64,000 nucleotides of DNA from the human T2T-CHM13v2.0 reference genome, Homo sapiens: assembly GCF_009914755.1 (NCBI RefSeq), contig NC_060932.1; one strand, written 5' to 3'. This document shows positions 12,404 through 27,873 of this stretch, piece by piece (the stretch's first letter is position 1; each line of letters starts with the position of its first letter). The notes beneath the pieces were generated by a model, which saw nothing but the letters and a program-made list of their open reading frames with translations, was not told the DNA's origin and did not search any database. The position numbers and the translations under genes were made by a program.

Positions 12404-13539
12404 AGAGGCTGGATCATTCACTTTTGTTTCACTTTTGTGATCCCTTTTCTCACTTAAGGAGATTCTCCTGTCCCTCCTCAGAATCCTCACACTAAAGGTT
12501 AGATCTCTGTCTTCTATTTATAATCTCTCTGTAACTGGACCCTTCTCACCAGCTTTTGAAGATGCTGCTTCACTTACATCCACTCCATGGGGTCCTGACT
12601 CCATTTCTTAGATCCCTAGCAGGGAAGCTGATGAAAATCTTGGAATAAACTCCAGAAAGGGAGGAGGACTGCCTATCTGCTGAGGAGAAACAGAAGGGGT
12701 GGACGAGCGGGTGGTGGAGGGAATGTCAACTTTATTCTGACAAGATTGTTTGTGTAATAACACCCTGTAGGGAACACAGAATTTGGGTGATGTATTTTTA
12801 AAGCACATTAACCATTACACATACAAAGGAACAAACAGGTAGATGCAAACAGTAATCTCAAGATGAATTAATCCAGTTGTGGCCTCAGAAACCTGAAACT
12901 TTCCGTTGTTTTCTTGAAAGCAACCAATAATTAGGAACTCTCGATACAAGAAATGCTCACTAAAAAAGAGGCAGAATGAAATCATTGTTAAACCTTACAT
13001 TTTAAAGGTATATTGATGCTGGTTTTTTTTTACAGAGAAGCTGATGAAAGTGGTACTCCCCACTCCACCCTAAAACAATATTTTTCTTGTCCCCTTTGGG
13101 TGGCCTGTGTCCTTAGTCTAACACCATCGGGGTCTTTATAGGCTTTGAGCTCGTTAACCTTTCACTCTCACTCAGAATCCCGTAACTGATCCTCAGGAGG
13201 CACATGGTGTTTGCCTCAGGCAAGCTCAGAGCTTCTGCAGACACTTTGTAAGACAACCTGGCAGGCTTTTCCCATTAGCAACAGGGCCTGGGTTCACACC
13301 TCCCACCCCCGCGACTGATTGTATATCCTCTTTCCCACGTGTTCTGTCTTTTCTTCAGAGAACTGGAATCTCTCATGATCTTGGATTTTCTAGTGAGGTT
13401 ATTCCATAAGCAGGCATCCCTGAGTTGACTATGAACATGTACCTCTGGTTACCTATGCATTGCAGTCATTTCTGTAGTTTTACTACCTGTGAAAGAATGG
13501 AAAGAGACAGGAGAAATAATCCAGTCCCATGATTCTCAG

Positions 13540-13912
13540 TGTCTTAGTCAGTTCCAGCTACTATAACAAAATACTTCAGACTGAGTGGTTTAAACAGCAA
13601 ACTTATTTTTCATAGTTCTCAAGACTGGGAAGTCCAAGGTCAAGGTGTCTAGGGATTCAGTGTCTGGTGAGGGCTCTCTTCCTGGTTTGCAAATGGCCAC
13701 CTTCTGGCTGAACTTTCTCATGGCAGAGAGAAAGGAAAAGAACTCTCCCGTGTTTCTTTTTAGGAGAACACTGATGACAGGCTCTATCCCCGTGACTTAA
13801 TTGTCTCCCAAAGGCCCCACCTCCAGATACTATCACATTGGGGATTAGGGCTTCAACATATGAATTTGGGGGGAAGGGTGGAGCACAAACATCAAACATT
13901 CAGTCTATAGCA
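13540..13912 (-). mobile_element. MLT1A-type MaLR LTR
   Basis: tgtcttagtcagttccagctactataacaaaatac...gggattagggcttcaacatatgaattt...cattcagtctatagca. Confidence 0.85.
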
Positions 13913-14817
13913 CTCAATAAAGAAAAACTGTCCCCCTCCCCAGAAAGTGTGTTGGAAATTTATGGAGACATTTTTGGTTGTCATAGAAATTGGGGGTAGC
14001 ACCAGCACTTAGTGGGGACACTTGACATGCTGCAATATACAACCTGATGAAGGTTTCCCCCACATGCTACATAACTTTTTAAAATGCTCTACTGGACATT
14101 TTTAGGACTGTTTATAATTATCCAAGCCTTGATTCTAGTTTACCTAAAAAGATAAAATATATTTTATATATACATTTGAATGAATTTGTCAGATTATAGA
14201 AACTGAGAGAGGAAAGTACTGAGCTTTCTTCTCAACTTCATTGGACGCAACAGTATGCATTGATCTGCATTTGTGCCTGCTATATTCACAGAGGTTCTAT
14301 GGATAGGTGCCCGGACTATGTTATTATATCATCTATTGCATAAGGGTCTGAACACTTATACATGGAAATAACATTTTATATTTTATTATTATTATATTTT
14401 TCTATTATAGTTGGGACACTTAATTTTTTTAAATTATGTCTGGAGATCAATTACATTATTTGTAAATTTCGTTACAAAGGGGCATTGCAAAATATGTGTT
14501 AATAAAGGATACAACAGTTCTGATTCCATTCATGAATGTTTCAGCATTTTTTAACTAGTCTTTGATTGATGCACACTTGGGCTATTTCTAACGTTTTACT
14601 TTTACAAATAATGTTGCAGTGAAGAACTTTATAGATATCATTTCCTATGTTCACAGTGTTGGAATTTTTATTAGTTAATAACATTAAAAATCCAGGAAAT
14701 TTTTCACTTCAAGATCTGTGCTTCTGCTTTCTGATAATGACATTCCAACAATCTTGGGGCTTTTGTTTCTTCCCAGCAATGTCTGGGACTGAGAAGTAGC
14801 TGCCCACTTTGACAAGC

Positions 14818-15201
14818 TATGTTAGTCTGCTCAGGCTGCCATAACAAAACATCACACACTGGGTGGCTTAAATAAGAGAAATTTATTTCTCACAGTTCTG
14901 GAGGCTAGAAAGTCCAAGTCAAGGTGCTGGAAAGGTAGGTTTTATTCTGAAGCCTCTTATCCTGGCTTGTAGGTGACCCTCACCTTGCTGTGTTCTCATA
15001 TGACCTCTCCTTTGTGCACACTCAAAGATAGAAAGGGAGAGAGAGTTTCCTAGTGTCTCATTTTATAAGGTCACCCATCTTATCAGAGTAAGGCCTCACC
15101 TTTATGAGCTCATTTAACCTATCTCCAAATACAGTCACACTGGGAGTTAGGGCTTCAATATATGGATTTGGAAAGGGGGGAACACAATTTATTCTATAGC
15201 A
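14818..15201 (-). mobile_element. MLT1A/B-type MaLR LTR
   Basis: ttagtctgctcaggctgccataacaaaac...gttagggcttcaatatatggattt...ttctatagca. Confidence 0.85.
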
Positions 15202-15273
15202 CAAGGCACGTACCCTCCAGTTGCCAGTAGCGTCCATCACTCCTCACTGTCTTCTTAACGCTGACTACAATCA

Positions 15274-15504
<231 letters not shown>

Positions 15505-15897
15505 CTATCAAAATTAGAAAATTCAAGAGAACCTGTAAGGGCCATGAGTTTCAAACAAAATGGGGGATACATATTTAGTGGAAGTAAATAATATTCCTAT
15601 GTGTATATGCAAACAGAATGTGATTTTTGTCGAAGAATCAGACTTAGGTGCCATTGTGAAACAAAACCACCAGAAAAGCACACACTTAGTCTGAATCACA
15701 TAATTGGGTCATCTGCTTGGCCCTGTGTACATCTGAGTTTGGGATCCTTGTGTGATTCTATTTTTACTCCTAAAATATCTGCCTCCACTGATGTTGCATT
15801 GCCTTTCCTCACATATCATGCAAATTGCAAATATTTAGAAAAAAACAACAGACATCCCCCAGCCTCAGACACTAGCAGCAAAATCCAAGCATGGATT

Positions 15898-16191
15898 CTT
15901 TTTTTTTTTGAGACAGAGTCTCACTCTATTGCTCAGGCTGGAGTGCAGTGTTGCGATCTTGGATCACTACAACCTCTGCCTCCCAGATTCAAGGGATTCT
16001 CTTGCCTCAGCCTCCCAAGTAGCTGGGGTTACAGGTGTGCACCACCACGCTGGGCTAATTTTTGTATTTTTAGTAGAGATGGGGTTTCACCATGTTGGCC
16101 AGGCTGGTCTCGAACTCCTGACCTCAAGTGATCCACCCGTCTCAGCCTCCCAAAGTGTCGGGATTACAGGCGTGAGCCACCACGTTCGACC
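15898..16191 (-). mobile_element. AluSx-like
   Basis: Full antisense Alu. Confidence 0.95.
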
Positions 16192-18529
16192 TTTTTAAAT
16201 TTATTTTTATTTTTATGCTCTTAGAAATTTCTTTAGGTCTGTGAAGCTGCCACTCTTTGAGAAATGGATTGCTACGTTCTCTTTCCCTATGAATAGCAGA
16301 CATCATTTAATCGGTTTTCCAGTCTCATAAATACACTGCCATGTGATGGATGGAAGCCGAGTCCCTGTGCTGCTGCAGACTCAAGCTGAGCTGGCTGAGC
16401 TGCTTGCCTTGTTCAACTCTTCAGCTCAGAAGGAAGCCAGGATATTTGTGTTTGTTCATTTCCTCTCCCAAACATGGGCTTGCTGCTTGCTGCAGTGCAA
16501 CAGGCTATGAATTCAAAATAGGATAGAGCTGTCCAGTGGGTTACACTTCAAATGAATGTTCAGTTTTGACCATGGCCTCAGATTATCTAAGCCACAAAAT
16601 GGGGGAAGGGAGCAGCACACAGAGGAAAACAAGTTCCTGTAGAATTTCCAGATTTTCTTGAGCTTAATGGGGTCAGACATTCTAAGGCAAATAATCTTTC
16701 TAGAGGCAAATCAACCCTCTTTTCAAGGTAAATAAAAGCGATGCTTGTTGCAGTCTATGCAAATGCCATAAGCAACAGTTTCAAAGCGAAAACAATGTGA
16801 ACTATCATATTTCCTATATTCCAACTCCTAGATTTCTTTTTTTATTCTCTGCATGTGGCACACAACAAATAACCTTCCTTTGTTGGAGTCGATCTGTAAC
16901 TCCAACTTCAGTGAGGCTCATCTTTTGTTCTGGCAGAAAAAGTTTTCCCTTTATTGGTGTCATTTTGGTGTTGTAACAATCACAGTGCCATACTCATAGA
17001 GTGTGAGAACTTTTGCCACAAGTCTAAAAGAAAAAGGCACCAGTCAGGGAAGAAATTATTGCATCTTGGCTGACATTGCAAGGCAGAGTGACTATTTCTT
17101 CTTGCAGTGTTTATAGAGCCTGAAGGAACTAGGACCATCATCTCAATGCGAGGCAATTATTGAACCCTAATATATAGTTTACCAAGTGCTTTATACACCT
17201 TTATCTCATTTAATCCTCCAACAGTTTAATAAAAATGGAAGCCATGAGAGATAAGTAATTATCCTACCACTCCAGAGCTGCAGGTGGCAGAACTGAAATT
17301 CCGAGTCCAGTCTCTTTGTTCATTCATTCATTCATTCCACTGCATTCAACAAAAATTGAGTTCATAATGTTTGTCTAACCCCAAAGCCTATGCTCTTTAC
17401 CCTGAGGTATTACAATTCCTTTAAAAAGTCAAACTATGTCAAAAATAATGTTTTAGAAGGCTGTTCTGGTGTCATAAAAGTGAGAGCTAGTGGAGTCTTT
17501 GGGGCCAAAAGTCATCAACTATGAAGCAATCTTGACAGGTCAGGCTAGGAAAATCCTTTAACCCAGACTCTCAGCGCATCTGTGGGGAGTGGTAGGTCAT
17601 CTGTATAAATACAGATCACTCTTATACATACCACAGCATAATGCCTGTTTGTCCTATAGGGTCATTTGGCCCACTTACAGATTATGAGAGAGAAGGTAAG
17701 GCTAGCAAAAAGAAAGATTTTAATAAACTTGATACAGGTTGCTGCTGGACCTTGTTTGGATCTATTTTGGTTTTCTTTAAGCTGTCATCTACTTCAGTGG
17801 GCCGAAACAGTGAAGAGAAATTCAACATAAAATAAGAAATGGGTGAAAACTTGTGGTTCTTAACCTAATAAGAACCAAAAGGACATTTTTAAACTAATAA
17901 GAGCTTACATTGGGCTCAAACCTGTTTACTTTCTTTAGCAACAAGAAAACTGAGAAAATTAGGGTACAATAAATTCTTTCTTTATTCTTATGTTGCCATC
18001 TGAGTACTACATACACATAGATATTTCTTTGCATTTTTTTGTGAATGACTTTTAATATTCCCTTCAAGAAGATTACGCTAAAATTAATCCTCTGTAGATA
18101 AGTGAAAGCAGATGATCTTACAGAAGAAAATCTATCTGATGGAATAATATCAGGCTGACAGGCACACTTGAATATTACAACTACAATTAAGATAAAGTCT
18201 TTTCCTCGCTTGGCATGGAAACAATGGAGGCCATAAAGTATCAGGATTCTTTTTGCATTATAGGAATAATGAGAAAATGGACAAAAACCAATCTGTCCTC
18301 TGTGGCAGTACAGCCTGGATTCTGAACATCAGGCATGTACACACCATGCGGAAAGCACAGGAGACTGGACTTCACTTCTGAGATCATTCATTTTTTATTT
18401 CAGGCAAGTCTTATGTTTAAACATAAGGCCCACAACCACACTGTTTCAGACAACATACCAAATGGCATGTCCAATATTTTGATTTAAGAAGAAGAAGAAA
18501 AAAAAAGCACTTCTCAGTTATCATTGTCT

Positions 18530-18800
18530 GTTTTCTTTTTTTTTTTTTTTGAGACATGTTCTCACTGTGCCACCGAGGCTGGAGTGCCATCTCAAACTCC
18601 TGGGCTCAAGTGATCCTCTCACCTCAGCCTCCTGAGTAGCTGGGACTACAGGCACCTGCCACCATACCGGGCTAATTTTTTTTTAATTTTTTGATTTGCT
18701 ATGTTGCTCAGGCTGGTCTTGAACTCCTGGACTTTAGTGATCCTTGCACCTTGGCCTCCCAAAATACTGGAATTATAGCCATAAGACACTGTGCCCAGTC
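18530..18800 (-). mobile_element. AluJ (internally deleted)
   Basis: Antisense Alu with ctcctgggctcaagtgatcct. Confidence 0.85.
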
Positions 18801-19559
18801 CATCACTGACTTTGTTATGCTTGACGCAACGTGAAAGAAGGTGGAGAAGAATCCCCTTCCCAGAAAAGACGATAGTTCCTATTTCTTAATATTTGAATTT
18901 CCTGCCTTGCCTTGGAAGAGAAACAGATGGCAAGGATGAAAGGAAGAGGGGACTAGAAGATACGTTATTTTGAAAATAGAAAAAAAAAGTCAAAAATTTA
19001 TCTTCCAGTTGATGCAGCCACCAGGAAAGGCTGACGACACAGCAGTTAGGGCCTTGGGGTCACCATTCTTAGACCTCAGTGAACAGGCAGAGCTGTGGGC
19101 AGCCGGAGCTCTGCTCACTAAAGGGCATCTGTCTACCACTCTGCAAGCTTTAGCCCAGAGCAGTGTTAAGTCAGGGCCTCCTGGGGAGTCTCAGGAAGGG
19201 TTAGAAATGTCTGAGATCAACTAAAAAACATATTCATCTTCCAGAGTTAACTACAACTTTTGATGTTGGTTCTTCCCTGTAGTCTTTTCCTTTTGCAGAG
19301 TTCTTCACATTTTTAATAGATTTTATAAAATTACTTTCATTTTTGTGATTGTTTCAAAACTAACATATATGAGTTATAAAGAGTTTATAAAAAACAAAGA
19401 AACAAATGAAAACAATTCACTTTTCAACCACACAGAAGAAATGCCAACAGTTAACGTTTGAAGGTGGCATTAATTTTCTCATACTATATATTGAGTGCCA
19501 TTTTGGACAAAAAGAAACTGAGGTTCAAAAATTTCAGGCTTGGAAATGAAGAAGGTTGG

Positions 19560-19785
19560 TATATGAGATGGGGCAAAGCAAAAACAAAAACCAACTGGCT
19601 CATTTTTTTCCGTCTATACTCTCAACATTCAATACAAGACTGCTCTGTGACTAGATGTGTGGGGGTTTCCCCACATATGGAACAATTAATTCTCCAGCAG
19701 ACTCGCTGGAGCTCGATGTCCTAAAATGTAACTCAATTGTGACACTATCTATGTGGAGATAGTGTTGGATCCCACAGGTTAAGGT
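19560..19785. mobile_element. MER21-like LTR fragment
   Basis: gatgtgtgggggtttccccaca...caattgtgacactatctatgtggagatagtgttggatcccacaggttaagg. Confidence 0.6.
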
Positions 19786-19994
19786 TTTTGCATCATCAAC
19801 ACAGTTTTCACATTTACTATTAAATAGTTCATCCTTTCTCCCACTTACCTGAATTTCCAGAAAAATCTTATAATAAATCTTTATATATACATGCATCTAT
19901 TTCTAGATGTTCTAATCTGGCCCATTGAGCAGGCTGTCTTTATTTCTATGCTAGTATATAGGAAACCTTTATCATTGGCCAACATAACCCTTAA

Positions 19995-20448
<454 letters not shown>

Positions 20449-21459
20449 TGAAGTCTCAGGAAATGGCTCCAGAATTGTCATGTGACCCAAACAAGGCCTC
20501 GGGAGTTTTCGGCTGGAGCAGCTGAGTAAGATTGCCCCTGGCATCTGCCATCTGAGTGCCGGAAGGAAGTGATGCCTTCCTGGCCATACGGAGGAAGCCC
20601 ATCTGCAGAGGCAAGAAATGAGAACCCAGAACAGGGGTGCTAAGCCAAGTAAAAGAAGCAAAATACCTAGGCTACATGGAGTCGGATTCAGTTTGGACTC
20701 TGTCATCTGGTTTTTCTAGTTATGGGAATCAATGAATTCCCTTATTTTTGGATGAAACTGGTTTGAGTTTCTGCCTTAGCAGGTAACATCTGTCTAAGTG
20801 CCTCATAAACAATGAGGGACCATACAAATTTGAGATAGTGGTAACATCTGGGAAAAAGAATCATTTCTTCTAATATTAGTCATTCCAAAAGTCTTAGTCC
20901 AAGTTTCTCCATATAGTGTAGACCATAATTTAAACTCTACCTATATTACAGAATTATTTTATAAATAAATGAAAAATATATATGAAATCTAAAAAATGAC
21001 AAAGATGAAAGTATTATTTTAATCATGGGCATATTTATTTTCTTTAGCTTTGCCCATCTTATTTGAGAGAAAATACTTTCATGTCTTTATCTATGCTACA
21101 GCCTCCTAATAGGTTCATTATGGTTTATAAATGTAAGTTATAATTAGATTTCTATAAGGTCAACACCATTTAGAAGTATTAAGAAAGCAGCTGACTTGTA
21201 TTACCTGTTTCTATTCATGTAAAATTCACCACAAGAAGAAAGATGATTGCTTTAGTAATTTTATTTTTCACTAAAAGCTGCCTAGTCCAAGCATTATCAA
21301 TGGAGAAATGTCTCAGATAAATGGTACCTGCAGCTGTCACATCAAACCAGATGATAACAAAATCTCCATGTACACCAAGGTGTCTAAATGTTCAATGTTT
21401 CCAAAAACCGCTTTCATTCCCAAAGTAGCTTTTACAGTGGCCCAAAACCACCACCCCAC

Positions 21460-21682
21460 CTTTTTTTTTTTTTTTTTTTTTTTGAGACAGGGTCTCACTC
21501 TCTCACCCAGGCTGGAGTGCAGTGGCATGACCTCGGCTCACACAACCTTTGCCTCCTGGGCTCAAATGATACCCCTACTTCAGCCTTCCGAGTAGCCGGG
21601 ACTACAGGCATGCACCCACACGCTTAGCTAATTTTTAAATTTTTTGTGGAGATAGGATCTTCTTGTATTGACCAGGATAGGC
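21460..21682 (-). mobile_element. AluJ, 5'-truncated
   Basis: Poly(T) + gagacagggtctcactc... Confidence 0.85.
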
Positions 21683-22564
21683 CCCGTATTTCTTAAAGAG
21701 CAGCACAAATAATGGGAAATGATTGTTAAATTCTTTAATTCCCCGCACTGTAAAATAATTGATGTGTACAAGAAGAATTTCTGTGAGTTGACTGAAGCAG
21801 GCAGAAAAATGATGTTTCCTTGTCTATCGTTTTGTTTTAACACCACTAGATACACTGGTTCTGCTTCACTCTCTTGAAAAAGATTTTTGCTTGAGTTATA
21901 ACATCTTGCCGAAGAACACCATGAGATTTTAACGTAGCAGGAATTAATTAATCTTTAAACCTCTAAAATTAATTCCATCCTTCCTGAGGAAAGACAAATG
22001 GAAATGGTCAGGATTCCCACAACGAAGTACACAGGAATCCCAGCCTGAGCCTTGCCTCTGGCTTTATCTGTTTAATTGCTTGTTTGTTTGTCTCAATTCT
22101 GAGATTATATATTCTTAAACATAATCTCTTTAAAACCTTGAAACCATATTCCAGGGGAGAAAATAAGGTTTATGTCATCATGTTTGATGGAGAAAACCAG
22201 TTTCTGCATCTTTTCATCTCTGCTGTGGTTGGTCAAGGAGATGTGATTAGTCAATATCTTTGGCTTGCTGTATTCAGATTGAACAAAGCTTTTTCAGAAC
22301 AACTGTTATGTGTCTAGCGCCTTGCTCTCACTTGTTTTATCTTAATTTTGACAACAACCTTATGAAGTGGTATTTTTAGTCATTTTAAGTGGAGGAACTT
22401 GAGGTTTAGAGCGATTTGTCCAAAGAGCCAGTACTGAGATTGCATCATTTGTTCAAGATTGCACAACTAAAAGGAGTCAGAATTTCAACTCAGGTCTTTC
22501 CAATCTATGCCGTGTGCCTTTTTGACCCTCCTCCCTCCGCTTGCTAAACATTGAATAATTGAAA

Positions 22565-22910
22565 GTATCATGGATGATACATCTAATTTTGATATTTGAT
22601 GAATCTCAAAAACATTATGCTAAGCAAAAGACGCCAGACACACAGAAGAGTATATACTGTCTAAAGCCATGTATATGAAATCCAAATACAGACAAAATTA
22701 AGCCATGTAGATGGAACATAGGCAGTGGTTGACAGCTGCACAATGAATGCTCCACAGTGTAGGGATTCGACTGAAAGAAACACCAGGGAACTTTTTATGG
22801 GGGTGGAAGTGTTCTATATCTTGTTACTTGGATATACACAATTGTCAATACTCTTTGAATAACTGAACATCTAAAACCTGTACTTTTCATTGTGTGTTAA
22901 TCACATCTCA
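22565..22910 (+). mobile_element. Old L1M (L1MC/ME) 3' end
   Basis: gatgaatctcaaaaacattatgctaagcaaaagacgccagacac... Confidence 0.75.
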
Positions 22911-22911
22911 A

Positions 22912-23209
<298 letters not shown>

Positions 23210-25239
23210 ACATCTCAATTTTTTAAGATTCTATTTAAATGACCTAAAATGCAGTTTCAGGTAACTCTGCTTCTCTGGTAGTCTTCAAAGTTGATATATC
23301 GAAATTTCTACTTTGAAACAGAAAACAAAAATAATATTTTAATGTCAACAGTGTCTTTGACACAAACTTGGCCATAGTTACTGACTTAGGTTTAGTGAGA
23401 AGATTCAAGAGAAATCTGGGCTATGAGGCACAATCGCCAGGAATTCTTACTTTTATCAAGAATCTATGTTTAAGTAATAATTGTATTAATGTTAATAAGC
23501 ATTAACTGAACATTTCTAAGCACCAGACATGGAGTTAAATGCTTCACTGCCTCTTCTCACTTCATCCACACATCAATTTAATGAGGCAGGTAACATTATA
23601 ATCATTACCCTCTGAAAGATAAACTCCCCAAGACTTAGAGAAGTCAGATGGCACATCCAAGATCTCAGAAGTAGGTGTTGGGCTAGAAATTTGCTGAAGA
23701 GAATCTGAATCTTAGCTCTAGTCTTACACTACTTAATATTGCTTTCAATGACAGCACTAATGAAAAAATTCAAGGGAATCAAGAAAAATGTTGAATGGTT
23801 AGCGTTAACTTTTGCTTTTTTCTAGTCTTGTATTTTCTAGGTATTCCGTATTAAGTATGGGTTTCTTTTTTAGGTAATAAACTATAGTCTAAAATGATAG
23901 TTAATAGAATGTAAGTATGGGCTTGAACCTCAAAATACTTTGGAATTTAAAAAAATAACTCTTATATAGACAATGTAAATATTCTGTTTCAGTGTAGTGG
24001 ACTAAAACTACATTTTGCATTTCTCTGTGGCATCAGAAAGCTTATTATAAATACATAGCACAAATGTATTATTTTTCTGGCTTGAAGAAAAATATCCAAT
24101 GGCACCCCTATCTCGTAAAATTTAGAACTGAAGGATGAAGCCATATTATGATGACCCTGCCTGTGTGACATTTTCACCTTAGGACTGATGTCTTGTGTTT
24201 GAAACGTGATTAAATCTGATCATCAGGTGTGATGATAGCTTGCAATGTTCTAAGGAATGATCCTCACAGAGGAAATTGATAATTCTACAATGCAAACCTT
24301 TACTTTATACTAATGGGTTAAGATGAAATACTGGGAGGTTTCTTCAGCACTTACTATGCTCAGAATTTAGGCAAGGGAGAAAGTAAGTCAGGCATCTATA
24401 GCCGATGTCAATTCCAGCTACTGTGGCCCCTGACGTGATGGTTTTCAGCGAAAGTGTAAAGTTATTCTCTAGATTTACAAATCTACAAATTATCAAAGTG
24501 GTACACATTTTAAAACTAAATCACAGCCACCAGCCCACATTGTTCTTCCCTTTTTTTGCATCCACCTGTCCATTGAATTCTCACTTTCAAGTCAATGTAA
24601 TCCACTCAAGTTTTGGGAATCATGAACCTGACGAAAATACATGACAAAAATACAAAAGTATTTTGAAAGTATAGAAATGCAACATTTCTGATTCTTGCCA
24701 TTCTAGTAATTTTCAATTCTTATCCAAATTATTCTACCTTGGCCTTCATCTGGTATGCCAACACTCATTTAGAAAACCACCAATAGTCTTCGGTTATTTA
24801 CTCTTCTTTACTTCCTGTATACAGTAGATTTCTTTGTGCCTCCTGGATGCGTTCTTTTTTGCTGGAATATTTCATCCAAGAGTGATTTCAAAGAGATTCC
24901 GTGTGTTCATCCTTCTGAGGCAATTGTATACTTGAGAATGTTTTTATTGCACTTAAACAAAAGCTCAACTGGATGAAAATATTCTAGGTTCAAATTTACT
25001 TTTTCCATCAGCATGTTGAAAAATATTAGCCTAGTGTCATCCAATATCATTGGTGAAAAGTCTAACATCAATTTGATTTTTGTTTCTTTTTCTCAGGAAG
25101 CTCTTCTTTTACTTTGATGGTCTTAAATTTAGCAAAGTGTGGGTTTTTCTTATCTATTCTCTTACTTTCACATTCCATGATCTTTCTTTTATAATAAAAA
25201 ATTCTCAATCATTATTTCTTTAAATATTTTCTCCCCTTT

Positions 25240-25561
25240 ATTCATTTATTTATTTATCTATCTATTCATTTGTTTATTTAAGACAGGGTCTCACTCTGTC
25301 ACCCAGGCTGGAGTACAGTGGCATGATCATGGCTCAACTGCGGCCTTGAGCTCCTAGGCTTAAGCGATTCTCCCACCTCAGCCTCTCAGGTAGCTGGGAA
25401 TACAGGCACACACCACGATGCCTGACTAATTTTTGTATTTTTTGTGGAGATGGGGTTTTGCCACGTTGCCCAGGCTGGTCTCAAACTCATAGGCTCAGTG
25501 ATTCTCCTGCCTCGGCCTCCCAAAGTGCTGGGATTACAGGTGTGAGCCACCGTGCCTGGCC
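25240..25561 (-). mobile_element. AluJb-like
   Basis: Antisense Alu with (TTTA)-type tail. Confidence 0.9.
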
Positions 25562-25818
25562 TCCTCTTCATTTACTGTATTTTCTTCTGAAGCTTCTTCT
25601 ATTCTTCCTATTAACATGTCTTTTATATTTTGGTCTTTTTAATACATACTTGATTGTTTCCCAGAAGGATTCCTTTACATGTTTTTTTCAGTTTGCTAGC
25701 TCATCTTTGGCTATATCCATTCTAATATTCAATGTATCTCCTGAGTTTCTTATCGTAGTGATAACGTCCCATTGCTTTTTCCTCATAAATCTTTGTTCTT
25801 GCATTAAATTGCCAAAAC

Positions 25819-26171
25819 CAGTTGATTATCCCTTATCCAAAATGCTTGGGACAAGAAGTGTTTTAGATTTTGGATTTTTTCAAATTTTGAAATATTTGCG
25901 TATACATAATGAGATATCTTGGAGATGGGACTCAAGTCTAAACACATTGTTTATGTTTTATATACACCTTATACACACAGCCTCAAAAATAATTTTATAT
26001 AGTAGTTTGAATAATTCTGTGCATGAAACAAAGTTTGTGTACACTAAACCATTGGAAAGCAAACATGTCAGATGTAAAACTTTCTACTTATGACATGTGT
26101 TCATGCTTAAAAAGTTTCGGATTTTGAAGGATTTTGAATTTCAGATTTTTGAATTAGGTATGCTCAACCTA
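25819..26171. mobile_element. Tigger4/MER46-type DNA transposon MITE
   Basis: TIRs cagttgattatcccttatccaaaatgcttggga... and ...ttaggtatgctcaaccta. Confidence 0.8.
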
Positions 26172-26917
26172 TATCTTCTTGAAAAATATTTCTTTTGTTT
26201 ACTTTAAATTGATGATTTGTGCTTGGCCTCGTGTTGGTTCTCCAGCTAAATTTTGGGCATTCGATATATTTCTCTCTAAGTGTATGTTACCAGAGGGTGT
26301 CAATTCCCTTGGGAGGTACATGTGCAACCTGTTCTTTTACACCTGCTGGGGTCAGGCTCCACTTGGATGCCACCTGTTCCTGGCTCCAGCACTAGGCTTG
26401 TAATTAGGGTTTTCTTCTTCCAAGTGGTGATTGGACTTTTCTGCTTGGGTTAATTTGGGGAAAGAAAATAATGCAACTGAGATCTCTGTCTCTCCTTCTC
26501 CCTCTCCTGGCCCTCTTTCAATCTGGACTGCAATTCCCTCCCACACCCACCTACCGTCTTCTGATGTTTCCAGGGGTTTTAGACAATCTTTAAGTTAATT
26601 AATCAACTCTATCAATTTCACTTTCACCTCTAGAGCATTTCCAAACTGGGCTACATGTTTGGTTGCAGTGTTGCAAATACCACTTTTTGTATAACGTTAG
26701 AATGTTCCAAATTTTAAAGCTAAATATCACTAGCCCATTGGTCCACTCTTTATTTTCCAGGAGGTCTCTCCTATCCTAAAGATGGTGTCATTCTCATGTG
26801 AATTCTTATACCTTTATTTCATATGCATACCTCTGTAAGTGTCATTTAGCATTATTTTTGTGTTTTTAAAACTCACATAGAGTATTATACTGTACAAGCA
26901 TAAAACAAACATTTTAA

Positions 26918-27243
26918 GGGCTGGGTGTTGTGGCTTACATCTGTAATCCCAGTACTTTTGGAGGCTGAGGCAGGAGGATCACTTGAGGCCAGGAGTTTAA
27001 GACCAGCCTGGGCAACATAGCAAGACCCTACCTCTACAAAAAAATTAAATTAAAAATAAAATAGCAGGGAGTGGTGGTACATGCCTGTGGTCCGAGCTAG
27101 TTGGGAGGCTGAGGTAGGAGGATCATTTAAGCCTGATAATTTGCAGCTGCAGTCTCACTACAAAGCAAAGATTATGATTGTGCCACTGCACTCCAGCCTG
27201 GGCAACAAAGCAAGACCCTGTCTCCAAAAATTAAAAAAAAAGA
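26918..27243 (+). mobile_element. AluJ
   Basis: Dimeric Alu with ggaggatcacttgaggccaggag. Confidence 0.9.
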
Positions 27244-27527
27244 TAAACAATTTAATATATTATATTGATTATATTTAACTTTTTCCCAAAAAAAGACCTT
27301 AAGGCCTTTTTAAGCTAAAGATATAAATATAACACTTAATAAAGGAAAAAATACAAAATTACAACCAAAGAAAGGGGAGAATGCAGACACACTAAGGTAA
27401 GGGCTGGAATAGTTGCTATGTTTGAGAGTTTAGCAATGTTCTTACTAAAAGCTCATTAAACCTATTTATTTTTGGAAAAAGATCAGAGTCATTGCAGGAA
27501 TCACATTTTGATTTACAGAAGGCCACT

Positions 27528-27873
27528 TAATATGGTTTGTCTGTGTCCCCACCCAAATCTCTTCTTGAATTTCCATGTGTTGTGGGAGGGACCCGGTGGG
27601 AGGTAATTGAATTATTGTGGCAGGTCTTTCCTGTGCTGTTCTTGTGATAGTCAATAAGTCTGACAAGAGCTGATGTGTTTTTAAAGGGGAGTTTCTCTGT
27701 GCAAGCTCTCTCTTTGCTTGCTGCCATCCATGTAAGATGTGACTTGCTCCTCCTTGCCTTCCACCATGATTGTGAGGACTCTTCAGCCATGTGGAACTGT
27801 AAGTCCATTAAACCTCTTTTTCTTCCCAGTCTTGGCTATGTCTTTATCAGCAGTGTGAAAACAAACTAATACA
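27528..27873 (+). mobile_element. THE1 (A/B) solo LTR
   Basis: taatatggtttgtctgtgtccccacccaaatctc...aaactaataca; 5-bp TSD CCACT at 27523-27527 and 27874-27878. Confidence 0.93.

Noticed and set aside
25458-26093. 211-aa ORF
   Set aside because: Runs through Alu, L1 and Tigger4 sequence; chance open frame.
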